Source: Okamejei kenojei
Lineage: Eukaryota
Assembly: GCA_035221665.1 (NCBI GenBank)
Contig: CM069144.1
Coordinates: forward strand, 48,298,001 to 48,362,000
DNA: 64,000 bases
Reading direction: 5' to 3'
The notes beneath the pieces are model-generated. The model was not told where the DNA came from. It did no database searches and was given only the letters and a program-made list of their open reading frames with translations. Made by a program: the position numbers and the translations under genes. Of the stretch, positions 11,690 through 24,130 are shown in pieces (positions within the stretch are counted from its first letter, which is position 1; every line of letters starts with the position of its first letter).

Positions 11690-12006
11690 GCAACTACTCC
11701 AGTGTGTAACACAAGCTGTTCCTGAAGATTGGATCCTGCGAACTACTCCAGTGGATGCTCCAGTGGACTCCAGTGGGTGGCACAGTGGCACAGCAGTAGA
11801 GTTGCTGCCTCACAGCACCAGAGACATGGGTTTGGTCCTGCGTATGGGTGCTTGTTCCAGCTGTATTTCTAAACTAAACTCGGATAAACAAGATGTGCCA
11901 GAAGATTGAATTATGTTAATAACTCCACTGGGTGGCACAAGGTGTGCCCGAATGTTGCATCTTGGTAACTACTCCACTGGGTGACACAAGGTGTGCCAAA
12001 AAGATA
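11690..12006. repeat. degenerate ~47-50 bp minisatellite interrupted by a SINE
   Basis: Recurring AACTACTCCA(G/C)TG..ACACAAG.TGT.CC..AAGAT units near 11692, 11741, 11920 and 11967. Confidence 0.65.
11774..11880 (+). mobile_element. internally deleted V-SINE (tRNA-derived head joined to tail)
   Basis: GGGTGGCACAGTGGCACAGCAGTAG (A-box region)..GGGTTTGGTCC (degenerate B box)..CTGTATTTCTAAACTAAAC tail. Confidence 0.65.
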
Positions 12007-12603
12007 ATATCCTGCTGCAAATGTAAAGAACATACACCAGATGTGAACGTTTTGGTGAACGAGCTAAATGGCCAAAGGTGTCCTTGATGAATGAGGGATG
12101 GAAGGAGCTCGAACTTGACGGTTGATGCCCGCAGCGCGCGGGTCATTTTGGCGGGAAGGCGCGGGTCATGCGCAGATCGGGACTGGAGCGGCGCCGCGTG
12201 ATTCAACCGTTATCGAGGAGTGCAGGGGTTACGCGATTAGATGGCGAGGCAGCAAGTGACCTGTACCTGGTCCAGGTGTTAGCCAGGGGCCACCACAGCC
12301 GACCTGATCTCCTCGTGCAGGTGGAAGCACAACAGTCTGCAAAAGAAACAAGTCTGCAAAAGAAATAAGTCATGCAAAATTGCATTCCGTTCATAACTTT
12401 AACATTGAGAATACTATTCAATGCCCCGTTAATGTAATTAATGTTAATGTAAATTAGCTGTGCACAAAAACAAAGAATCGAAAAATTCATTCGTAAAGTT
12501 TTCTCCACAATAAAACAATTAAAAAACAATATGCAGAGGGGATAGAAGCGAAGTGCACGTCGAGTGCAGGCAAGTGAGCTATTAAGGGTAATCTTTCACC
12601 CAG

Positions 12604-12950
12604 AATCACTAGGGAATGAAAAGAAACGCAGGGATGCAGATGTGCATTGGANNNNNNNNNNNNNNNNNNNNNNNNNNNNNNNNNNNNNNNNNNNNNNNNN
12701 NNNNNNNNNNNNNNNNNNNNNNNNNNNNNNNNNNNNNNNNNNNNNNNNNNNNNNNNNNNNNNNNNNNNNNNNNNNNNNNNNNNNNNNNNNNNNNNNNNNN
12801 NNNNNNNNNNNNNNNNNNNNNNNNNNNNNNNNNNNNTATCATATAATAACACTATATGTGATTGTATATATGTACATATATAGCGAAAGAGAGCTATACA
12901 GATCCAATGTGCATCTGCATTCATGCGTTTCTTTTCATTGCCTCGTGAAT
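12604..12950. repeat. 48-bp inverted repeat pair around an assembly gap (MITE/foldback-like)
   Basis: 12604-12651 AATCACTAGGGAATGAAAAGAAACGCAGGGATGCAGATGTGCATTGGA matches the reverse complement of 12903-12950, ATTCACGAGGCAATGAAAAGAAACGCATGAATGCAGATGCACATTGGA. Confidence 0.8.
12652..12836. other. assembly gap (N run); other gaps at 29411-29765, 29780-29960, 52678-52859 and 54227-54473
   Basis: Runs of n, several abutting dinucleotide or simple repeats. Confidence 0.99.
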
Positions 12951-15900
12951 ATCCATCTCTACAAACTACTTATTTCCTTTAAAACAACTCTAGTTTTCAT
13001 TTCCATTAAGTTATATGCAAAAGGTACTGAAATTCATTGTCGGTAACTGTAACATTTGCTTGTAGCTATTAATAAGTATCGTCGCAATCAATATTTGCAA
13101 CATTCTGCACACCCTTGGTGTAAAGTAGAAACCTTGCTTACCAACAAGCCAAGACGAAGTAGTTTCGTAATTTAACCAATGGACATCGCAGGGGGAATTT
13201 GTAGAAATTGCATTAATCTTTCGTTTATACATTAATTTTGGAATAAGAATCGCAAAATGAATTTTATAGCATAGAACCTCCTCGCAGTTTTCTTCCAAAT
13301 TTATGAAAATGCCAATGCAACATATAGTCAACAATATGCAAACAAAACATTTGCAAATATAATTGTGACAAATTTGGAAATAATTTAGTGGGAAATTAAG
13401 ATCAATTCCGTCATTTTTGCTATTACATTCAGCCCGTCATTTATCAATCGGGAAAAATAAAACACCCAAACTCGTGGCGCTTCACAATCTTCAGTTGGCT
13501 ACATAGTCATTGATTACCCAAACGGTTTTCGATTTCTATTTCTAACGTAAAGTAGTTTCTGTTTCTGCTGCCTAAGGATCACGTGGAGGGAATAATCTGA
13601 GCATTTGACAGCATACCCATGGCGTATATATCTGAAATGCGGCATAGGATTTATCATGTATAAAAGCAATAAACAAGGTTCTTCATGATAGGTGAAAATC
13701 TGATTGGTAAAGTGTTGTAGGTTTGCAATGTGGAACTTTTCGAAATGTTGGTTGGATACCCATAGAAAGACAAAGCTAGATCGTTTGAAAACTAGAATAT
13801 CCGTTATCAAATGCACATTCTATGTATATTATAAAACATGCGCAAATCTCATTGATGATTATAAGCACATTATCATCACGTCCGAATCCATAGATTATTA
13901 TCGTTCTTGGGATCAGTAGAAAATAAGCTTTTAGCACTTTATACGTCGTACTCACGTGTGTTTGTAATATTTGGACATAATGTGATATTTCAGCAAATAT
14001 ACAGTTCAATTACTAACATTCAATATTTACTATTGAAAATACGTTAATAGAGCAGCATCAATAATGAAACCTCAGACACCAGTCAGTAATAGCAATAGTA
14101 ATTTCTGCCGAATTTATAACTGTCTGTTGATTTTTGCACGACGCACTTATTAGTGTTACAACTGTTATTCTTAAATATTTACCTAATGCACGCGATAAAA
14201 TGCAATGTATTGGGTATTGGCTAATAGCTGCTCTGGGACCAAAATTAGCTGCTTAAAAGTAAAGAAAAATCAACTTACAACGTCAACGCTATATAATGTG
14301 GGTTTACCCCCAATAGATTCGTAATCCTGTCGAGGCAAACCGGCGGAAAATCCTACATTAAAATATCAAAACACCATAAATTCATCTTGCATGCAGATTA
14401 TTTACATGCGATCCCGTTGTTAACATTACGATGGTTATATATTCTCAATTCTTAGTAAAAAACGGTTTATAATATTACGACCACGGCAAACCAAACAACA
14501 CGGGTATATCCTGAAGGGAATTTCATATTATAACTTTTTAAAAAATCAAATAAAATCCACTTTAAGTCCTTGTGCGTCAATCAATTGCTTAATACAGTTG
14601 GAATCTGTGGTGTTCATTGCCAGATAGATTAATCGAAGGGGGAAATGCAACAAACAACAAATCACCGATTGGTTTTCTTTTTATATTGGTTGGAGTTGCT
14701 ATATTTTGCGGACTTACATTTATAGTTATTGCAACGGCATATTTCTTGGTCATACGACGAATAATAATGTTTCAATGTTCTCGCTGAAATCTATACTAAA
14801 CATAACATGAGAGCGTTTATAAAACACGACAATTGAAACTGAAATATTGTAAAACTATGTTATATTTATTAAATGGTTATTAAGAAAGCGAGTGTAAGTT
14901 GACGTATTACTTGAACTGGGCCTAGCAAACAGTCAATTTGAATAGGCCAGATTATTTATTGTTCTGACATATGATCTGCAATCATAGTTCCATAAAATAC
15001 CAATGATAATCGTATCATTATCATATAATCGTCAGCTATGTAAATATAATATATGGTCGCACATACACGCAAACAAATGAATATACAACATTAAAATTAT
15101 GGCTTAATGCATGATATAAAATCACACTTTATCAACCCATCGATAAAGTAGTTAGAATTAACATGAGGAATATTTATCTATCTGTCGTAGTTCTGTTTGA
15201 AATTTGCAATTGTAGATATCGGAAACGTTTTACCAAACTCTGATAAGGTCCAAATATGTTCTTCGCCAACATTTTTAAAATGCTGTTTTCACATGAGCGT
15301 TATTCCATCATGTATAAATATTTCAGGTCGGTGTTTTTGAACAGCCAACTGACGCTCATAACACTCTTGCGCAAACCAGCTGAAATGTTAAAATACGTAC
15401 ATCAATAAATTAAACCACTTGATCTGGACAAATGTTGTACACCGAGGAACTGGGGAAAGTAACATTTTAATTCTGCGTGAGTATCGACTGCGATTGTAAA
15501 TATCGATGCGGGATATTTAAAGTATCATAATTTATGCAGATTTAATTATTGTGGTATCATATTAACCTGTATTAATAGCTGCCGTAAGTGACTGGCAACT
15601 AATTTGTCCTGCACGGAATCAGTGGACAGCCTTTGCTATAAGGTCAGGAGATGCTGGTTGTAATAAATATTCACCAGCACGTGCAGCACAGTTGGCCAAG
15701 CGTACTGCGCATGTTCCACAACTCACGGTTACTCCACCAGACAGAAGTACCAGAAATATATTTTGGTTTACTAAAGCAAATTTCTCTGTGGGGCAAAAAT
15801 CATTTGGGATAAAAAGCGCGAGAAAAAAAAAATATATATATAGCGGCCAAACCATTTATTTTCCTTTAACTATCGCGTCGGCGAATCTGTTAATGTTAAC

Positions 15901-18900
15901 GTGGCAGGATTTAAAACGCGAATTGTAGCATGTTTTTGATTCTAATTCCACTTAATTCTTTTTTTGTGCAGAGTGCGTCATCTGGAAACTCCGTGCGATG
16001 GAATAAATATTACAAATTGATGACAGCTTCCAGCTGCATGTTAAAAATAGCAGCGATATTCCACAGGCTGATCGTGTTTCTTTAGTTATTGGATTGCACA
16101 GCTCTCAGGAGCCCATGGCAGCCAATTTGCTTCCTTCGATTAAGTTGGAAAATATAAAAGACAAAAAGTTCCAAGTGCGGTTTAAAAAGCCAGTCGCTAT
16201 TTACACGTTTTGCATACACTTATTTTGTATGTGACAATGTACACGGCGATATCTTTATATTTTACAAATACGTACCTATAATCTTATTTACCTGCATTGA
16301 TTCGAGTCGTCAACATGAAACAGGATGCTTTTGTGACTGTGGCACTACAACAGATACTAGCTGCTAAAATAGGAACAAGTGGAGCAACATAATAAGCCAG
16401 TGAAGACTTCTGATAGCCCGAACCCACCTAGATCCAAACTATACAGGCTAATCAATCCGCACAGACAAGGTTAGGACATTGCAATTATTATTATAGTATG
16501 CCTTCAGTTTTTTCGCCCCACCATATTAAGGATAGAACTCGTTAATTAGAAGCACCAACGTATTCGCTGTATGCAGAACGTTGCGAGCAGATAAACGTTT
16601 TCGATGAAATCCTGACCCTTTTGTTATTTCCCCTTTTCCAGTATTATATCAATAACATAAAATAAGTGTTGTGTTTGGAAAACCGAAAATGAATAGAGCT
16701 CCGAAAATGAAAACACCCCGCAAAAGTAAAAAGCACTGAGTACGTTCTAGTTACGTCTATATCAAAAAATAGGAGAGGATTGATATTTTCTTAAGCAGAC
16801 TATTGAAAACGGGCTCTACGGTTTCGGCTAAATAATGTGGCACAGTGCGTTCTATCTCAATACTTCATAGGCGTTAATAGTTGATAAATTATGAAACGAT
16901 AACAAAAATTATTTATGTACATTATAGAATTTAAGCAAGAAGGTTTAATATAGCTGGCCATTACGATTGGTCTTCAACGTCCAGACCCATTTGAGAGATG
17001 TCGTACAATTAAAAACAGCTATTTGGCTGTTGCTCGTAATAACCTGAAATTGAAAATATATTTGTTGGTACTTCATTTCTATTCAGATAAGTTACGCTTG
17101 CCAAACTTTGGTTTCAATCTACTCGCCCTACGGTCCTAATCTTCGACAAAATACCAATTGGTTTCGAACAGCGGCATAATGAATATTATATTTCGCATTT
17201 GCAACTGCCAAAAAAAAGGGGGTATATAGAGTGAGCTGGACGTGTATTGGACAGTTACCACGAGCTGGAACTTGGAAATCCGCTATCGTGTTAGGGCAAT
17301 ATCTCAACCTTCAGGCCGGATCCAAAACGCGTTGCGTCTTTCCCGCAATGTTTAGCTTGCCAGTGGTGAACCTCACACGGGCGCCAAACAGGAATCTGCT
17401 TCTGTTATTGATGTGTCAGAAATTATTAGGACAACACTTATAATTTGCAGTGGCAATGTCCTTTCTATTAACAGGCAGTGGAACCAGTTAAAACAAAAAT
17501 GTTTACAAACAGTAAGCTCCCCTGTACGATATGGCTGGGAGTTGGGGGAGGAGGAGAGGGGGTGGGGTGGGGAGCGGTATTGCAATGCTGTGCATTTACG
17601 TAACCCGTATTAAATACTTACACGAAACATTCATTGAATTGTTTTAAATGGGTTAGGTGGTTTTTTTTTTCGTGTACTTTTATTCCACATTCTGATTTTG
17701 ATGTTTCTAACACTCTGATCCACAAATGGGAAGTGGGGAATGCAGATATACGTGTGCCTGGATGTGAATGGCCTTTTGAATGCTATTGCTCTGTGAAGCT
17801 CCAACCCACTCGCTGCTCAATCTGCCTTCAGAAATCTCGCAAGCCTTCTCTCTGCAAGGTGGCGCTCTATGATTTGATTTTACTTTCAACACTGCTATGG
17901 CTGACTGTTACCAGCTGCTATAAAGATTATTTTCAAAAGTGCTATTATTCACTAACATGCCACTCGCTTTAAAAAAAAAAAAAACTAGTATGCAAGCTAA
18001 TTAATTACTAATAATATTGGATGAAGCTTATCTTCGCTGGGCAAAATCAGCATTCGGCGAAATGCCTATTAATAACTTAAGGCTATTTCATTACGATGTT
18101 ATAAAATACAAACATCATATTTCAGATTATGATTGCCGAACTAATGTTTTTGAATCTAATAGCATTTAATGCTACATTACAGTTCCTGGACCACATGAAA
18201 TTATATTTTCTGTCAAACCCGCCTACTTACCATATAGCCCTGGCCTTGCTAACTCTACTCTTAAAAAAACACAGTGAAACTATCAATCTCATCTCCCGGA
18301 AGGTCAGTTTCTGTTGTGTACTCCATGGACATCACGGGAATTCGTAACTTTAGCTAGCATCATGATTTGTGTTGTCTGTTGATATGTTGTCTGCTTAATG
18401 GGGCGGTCATGCAAGCTACAATGAAGAACAAAGCCTAACAGTTCCAACAAGCGTAGCTAAGTTAGTGGAAGCAATATAGCCTGCAAATCTATCAAAGTAA
18501 ATAGCAAAGAAGACAATCTGATTTAGTGAAACAGGCGTTCGGCTACAGTCATTAAGCATAAGTAATTTAGATTTTTATTTTTTCCTCATTTAGTAATTTG
18601 CTATCAGAGCATCATCGAATGGAACGGATTTTTTTTAGACTGGATGCGAATTAAATAAGTAAAGACGTACAAAGAAAATCAGATTACATAAAATAAATTG
18701 TCTTCTTGTAGATTTAATTTTACACTAAGTGGTTGGGTTTAGAACCATTGGTTATAATTCACAGTGAAGAACATAAATTAAGAATTATTTCAATTAATGC
18801 CAGCTATTAACGATTATAATCGCAAAGATATGAAGCTGCAAATGCCTTAGTTAATTGTAAAACCCATGCACTCACGTTGCACCTACCTTAGAAAAAGTTT

Positions 18901-19380
18901 GGGAAATCTGTCATAATTGAATAGTTAAAAGGGATGTGTAATCATTGTTGATCTTTTTAAACTAAAATGCCTTTCAAAAATTGCAACATTGATGGAAATA
19001 TTTATCAACGTATTCCCAGAAACAACAGCGTCCAAAACAGACGCATTATTCTTCCGCTAACTTCCTGTGAAGTCAGGCGGTTGCTTTTACACTACGCAAC
19101 AAATATATCTTGCGCCAATATTTACGTTGAATTAGGTTATTTTTATTGCCTCTAATAGTTTATGGCTCATAATGTTAATCGCAATGTTAATACAAACTAT
19201 TTTTATACAATGGTCCAAAATTTTGATTTAAAAAAAATCGGTATGAATTAAGTGATTTCAAGTGCTCAGAAGGGATATTTACGTCCATCATTTTTTTATA
19301 TCTCCAAATGCACTTTTGTTGTCGTTTGATAGAGAAGATTCCAGCAAATATATTTCAGTTACCCATGTTTCCTCCATTAT

Positions 19381-20312
19381 TTTATTCTGTGACGTCCAAT
19401 AATTTGCCGTATGAATAAAAATACTGAATGCAGCGAATTGGATTTTGGAATCTTTAATATTGTACGAAATGTTATGGAACAGTTTGTAAACTAGGTTTTA
19501 CATACGAATGCATTTTTCATAAATATCGAATATCTGTAACACGTAATACCGGTAATTTACGTACATGCGGATAAATATGGAGATTGGGAATATATACATA
19601 AATTTATCGCAACTGCGAAGGCAATGGACAGATAAATTTCTTATTTTGCTTTAATATCAAGTCTTACATAAAACAAAGTTACATTTTAACACGGAGTTCC
19701 AAGCTTGCACTACGATATTTTTTTGACATAACAAGCAACACTTTGAACACTTCACTACTCTGACTAGACTTTGGGACGAAAGGTTTGCACTGGATACAAA
19801 AAGCACATTAATAACAATAGTATCTGCTAACTTTCTGACGCTCAGTTGAGACAAATACAAAGTAATTCACATTTTGGTACACATCGACTATAGTAACTTT
19901 TTTGCCATCCATAAACAAATAATTGCATGTTTTCCAACCGTCGCCCAGATATGCAAATACCACGTTGACAAATCCCCTGTGATATGTCTATGTACAGGAT
20001 TCAAACATTAGACTCTTAAACTAGTAAATCTATATTTACAAAAAGGAAAGAAAAAGACCGCTGCCATAGAACACATGCAATTTCAGAGCTTTATCAGATC
20101 GTTCTCTATATCTAGCACTTGGCAATAGCTAGAGAAATAGCATCGTCCTACATGCATTTTAAGATTCGCTACTAAACCTGTGAAAGGTTTTGGTTTCTTC
20201 TTTTATTATTCCTTTCGGCGTCTATTGGCAGCTTTTTTTGTCTTTGATTCCTCGCGATCGTAACTTTGGAGTCTTTTTTGAAAAGTTTTTTTGTATTTTT
20301 ATGTAGGTTTAC
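19381..20312 (-). other. zic1: zic1 3' UTR up to a candidate polyadenylation signal
   Basis: Follows the stop codon. AATAAA on the - strand at 19381-19386, with an alternative at 19142-19147. The true 3' end cannot be fixed from sequence alone. Confidence 0.5.
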
Positions 20313-20510
20313 TTAAACGTACCATTCGTTAAAGTTCGATGAGAGCGTGCTGTGGTTGGATGTGTGGTGAACTGCAGATGATGTCGGGGACATTGAACTG
20401 TTGGTCTGGTTTTCTGTAGAGGGCGACACGATGGTAGGGGGTGTTGAGGATTCGTAGCCAGAACTTGCCGCAGGAGAAGGCTGTGACCCTTGAGAGGCTG
20501 CTTCGTGGAC
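20313..20510 (-). CDS. zic1: Zic1 coding exon 3 (Ser-rich C-terminus)
   Basis: Acceptor TTTTTGTAG|GTC. My translation is [68 protein letters not shown], ending in the Zic1-3 NFNEWYV motif. Spliced CDS is 1338 nt (445 aa). This frame is absent from the ORF track. Confidence 0.96.
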   Translation of the reverse strand, partial: VHEAASQGSQPSPAASSGYESSTPPTIVSPSTENQTNSSMSPTSSAVHHTSNHSTLSSNFNEWYV

Positions 20511-20824
20511 CTACAAAAACCATCCACCATATAAAAATAGCCTTATAGACAACTATAGCGTTTGTGTGAGGGCTTTCCCTTAAATTTGTAAAATGTATTT
20601 CTATATAATATATCGTTTAACACAATGAGACCTTTGCAAAATTCAGTTTCAAAAATGTAATCGCCAAAAGTTGCCAAGTAAACAAATGCAGCAAAAATAC
20701 TTGATAGATTTTTTTTCGTAACTAGGCGATATTTAAATTTGGCCTATAGTAGAGTAAAATATATTGACCATACAAGGTTACAAAAGGGATCTTGCTCCAT
20801 AATTTAATCTGCACGGAGCTGTCA

Positions 20825-21106
<282 letters not shown>

Positions 21107-21160
21107 TTAGGGTTTTTTTCTTGGAAATTCATTATTTACACATATATTGTGTACGTTACA

Positions 21161-21167
21161 TGTGTGT

Positions 21168-21211
<44 letters not shown>

Positions 21212-21240
21212 GTCTGTCTGTGTGTGTGTGTGCCTGTGTG
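21161..21240. repeat. imperfect (TG)n microsatellite in zic1 intron 1
   Basis: TG run ~90-170 bp from the exon 2 acceptor; it reads (CA)n in the pre-mRNA. Confidence 0.95.
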
Positions 21241-22672
21241 ACCGGGCATGTGCGTGAGTGTACATACAAAAGTACTAAACTTATTTTTTTTAAAACAAAG
21301 AAAAGCAGCCATCATGAAAACAAATACGTATTTTGGATCACCCTGCCTCACGATTTTTTCAGCTATGCCTCACGTCTCCTAAATATCTGCAGCATGATTA
21401 GATTATGTCCCCATCCTCACTGTTTAGAATTTTATGGCGGATGAATCACAGATTAATAATCGTTTACTTAATTTATATTATCGACACTGACTAGTTACAA
21501 GACATTGCAGCTGCCGTAGCGGCCTTACATGCATATATACCCACGAGTAATTGTTTTGTTTTAATTGCAATAATATCTCAAATAAAGTTGAAAATAGGTA
21601 CCTGACTAGTTTTTGGATTCAAATTCTTATTTAAAACATTGATTCTCCCTGACACAAGCATAGCTTCGCTAATAGACTAATACAGCCGTTGTAACGCAAA
21701 TGCTGAAATAGCATTTTAAACAGACAACGGAAATGATTATTTGCTAATTCTATTTGCATTTTCGCTTTAATTAAACCGTTTCCAATTCTGTTTATTTAAA
21801 ATAAGAGTTAGTGGACATCTCATGCAGTGAAGTGAATTGTTGTTAAGTGCCCCTGGTGGTTTTGCAGTCGAGAAAATGTTAAATCTCGACTTTGCTAAAT
21901 CTTTACAACAACCTCGCCATTATGTGCCACTAACATGGACATTGTTGTCGAGCGCATTTTTTTTCACAAACAAACTGTAAACCAAGTTTTAACAAGGCGA
22001 TAAACCCGGGAAGATCCCAATATGTATGTATCACAGTAGGAACATATTATACCCATATATACTCGGACACGCGCTCGTACACATATACAATCACGCACAT
22101 AATATTTACGCGCAAATATATTTACATGAATAGAATTTTGTATCGACGAAAGTTGATCTCGCGGCTTTATGTAATCCACTAACACATATATGTGTAAAAT
22201 AATTACTATCAATAAAGAAGCCAAACTAAAGGGAGTGAAAAAAAAAACATAAGTATATGCTCTTTCGGGTGTGAATTTCTAACGAAACCAAGCAACCAAA
22301 TGTATTCTCATGTTTAGATAAAATTGACTATTAAATTGAAAATAAACTCTACTACGACGTATATTAGGTAAACTGATTGTACTTGAATTTTTTTTTAATG
22401 TATAGTATTTCATGATTTGGAACCGCGGTAAATATATATTTTTCTTATTGTTTAAAGAACCGCAGCCACAACAAGGAACATCAAGAGTTAAGGAACATCA
22501 AAGTGCTAAACATGCGAATTTTATTCTGACATGATATTTATTTGCATATGTATTGTTAAAATTGTTACTGAATAAATAATCTGGGAGACCTGTTTATTAA
22601 TATGATAGAAACGATCATAAACGCTCCGTAATATTTAACTTCTCCTTGATTTTTAAAAATAATTCTCCATAC

Positions 22673-23648
22673 CTGTGTGAGTTCTTTTGTGGATCTTGAG
22701 ATTTTCTGATCGAGCAAAGACTTTGCCGCAGCCGGGAAATGGACAGGGAAAAGGTTTCTCGCCAGTGTGGACTCTGATGTGATTTACAAGTTTATATTTG
22801 GCTTTGAAAGGCTTTCCCTCTCTTGAACACTCTTCCCAGAAACAGATATGGTTCGACTGTTCTGGTCCCCCTACGTGTTCCACAGTTACGTGAGTAACTA
22901 GTTCGTGCATCGTGCTAAAAGTTTTGTTGCATGATTTTTTAGGATTCGTCAACTGTTCGGGCTCTATCCATTTACATATCAGTTCTTGCTTTATGGGCTG
23001 CCTCATATAACGAAAGAAGGCCCCGGCCCCATGGTGGGCCGCCATGTTCATGTTCATGGGACCATAACTGTGTAGCTGGGTCGAGGCGTAGTGGTCCGAT
23101 CTGGGACTAGTGACCTGGCTGTATTGGTCTGCTCTGCCATACATGTCCCCAGAAAAGCCTAAGCGCATTTGCCCGTTCATTACATGTGCATTTGGAGAAG
23201 CGTGGGTCGTCGCCTGCTCGTGAAGCCCCGGAAAGAGTAGATGCCCCGCAGCGTCGGTATGTCCATGGGGTCCGGCAAAACTGCCCGCAGCCGCGGCCGA
23301 AGCGAACAGGCTGTGACCGGCACTTGCCGCCGCCGCTTCCCCAAAGCCCCGATTGCGAAACAAGAAGTCCCGGGTCGAGTTGAAAGCAGCGCTGCTGTAC
23401 GAACTCACATGGCCGGGGTGGTGACCCAGAGCCGCGGCGTAGCCTGGTGCCTGCGACGTGAAGGCAGTTTGACCCGATGCGAGATCGTGAGTGCTGGGGC
23501 TGATTTTAAAAGCACCCATCCCGTCAGCGAAAGGATTTATCCCCAGTCCCACTTCTCGGTCGTTGACATCGCCTGTTGAGTGATGTCGGGATGATCCGAA
23601 GGTAGTCACTCCTAGAGTAGGATATTGAGGTCCAGCGTCCAGAAGCAT
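22673..23648 (-). CDS. zic1: Zic1 coding exon 1 (N-terminus, ZOC motif, ZF-NC, zinc fingers 1-3)
   Basis: Begins [24 protein letters not shown] (Zic1 N-terminus) at ATG 23648. Contains the ZOC motif [31 protein letters not shown] and C2H2 fingers up to HKRTHTG. Ends at a phase-1 donor CAG|GTATGG; 976 nt. Confidence 0.97.
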
Positions 23649-23989
23649 CGTCTGGCGATGGGGGTAGAAAGTGAATAATAATATATAGAAAGGCAAACTA
23701 CAAACAATTCACAACGAAACTTGCTTAATATAAAATAGTCTCTGAGTCTGTCTGCAGGACTTGCAAAAACTCCTTATTTTTCTCTCTTCTCTCTCTTCAG
23801 CGTGTGGGAATTTGCTGAAGATATTTTCCCCCTCTGCAAACGCAAATCATGCAATATTGTCTTTTGCGGTTTATCTTCCTGGGGAGAAACTTTCACCTCA
23901 TCAGCCGGGCGGTGAGCTCGAGAATGATAGCGGCAATCATTCCTGCAGATAAATGAATTGAAAAGACAACACCGTCCCCTTGATGAATG

Positions 23990-24130
23990 GGAGTTGGGGG
24001 AGGAGTCACGTGGCGCTTGGCGTCTCCACCCATTGGCCAGGCTGGCGCTGCCCCGTTGTGCCCTGGTGCCAATCACCAGCTTGGGGCGCACATCCCGCCT
24101 CATGATTGGCCCGCCCGCCTCATCAATCCC
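23990..24130. promoter_or_regulatory. zic1 proximal promoter, possibly bidirectional
   Basis: GC-rich block ~350-480 bp upstream of the zic1 ATG. E-box CACGTG at 24007-24012; CCAAT boxes at 24032-24036 (-), 24069-24073 (+) and 24105-24109 (-); GC box CCCGCCCGCC at 24110-24119. Confidence 0.7.

Noticed and set aside
11690-12006. CRISPR-like repeat-spacer appearance
   Set aside because: Vertebrate context, degenerate units, related rather than unique spacers, and no cas genes; it is a minisatellite.
20309-20530. ORFs 20309-20530 and 20329-20523 as separate proteins
   Set aside because: They are alternative frames over zic1 exon 3; the real frame is the third one.
21847-21860. CTCF-like CCACCAGGGGCAC on the - strand in zic1 intron 1
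   Set aside because: It is one G short of the core spacing, so it is not called without a matrix score.
23649-23696. 16-codon N-terminal extension of Zic1 in the ORF track ([16 protein letters not shown])
   Set aside because: It starts at TTG, an ORF-finder convention; the recognisable Zic1 start MLLDAG is at ATG 23648.
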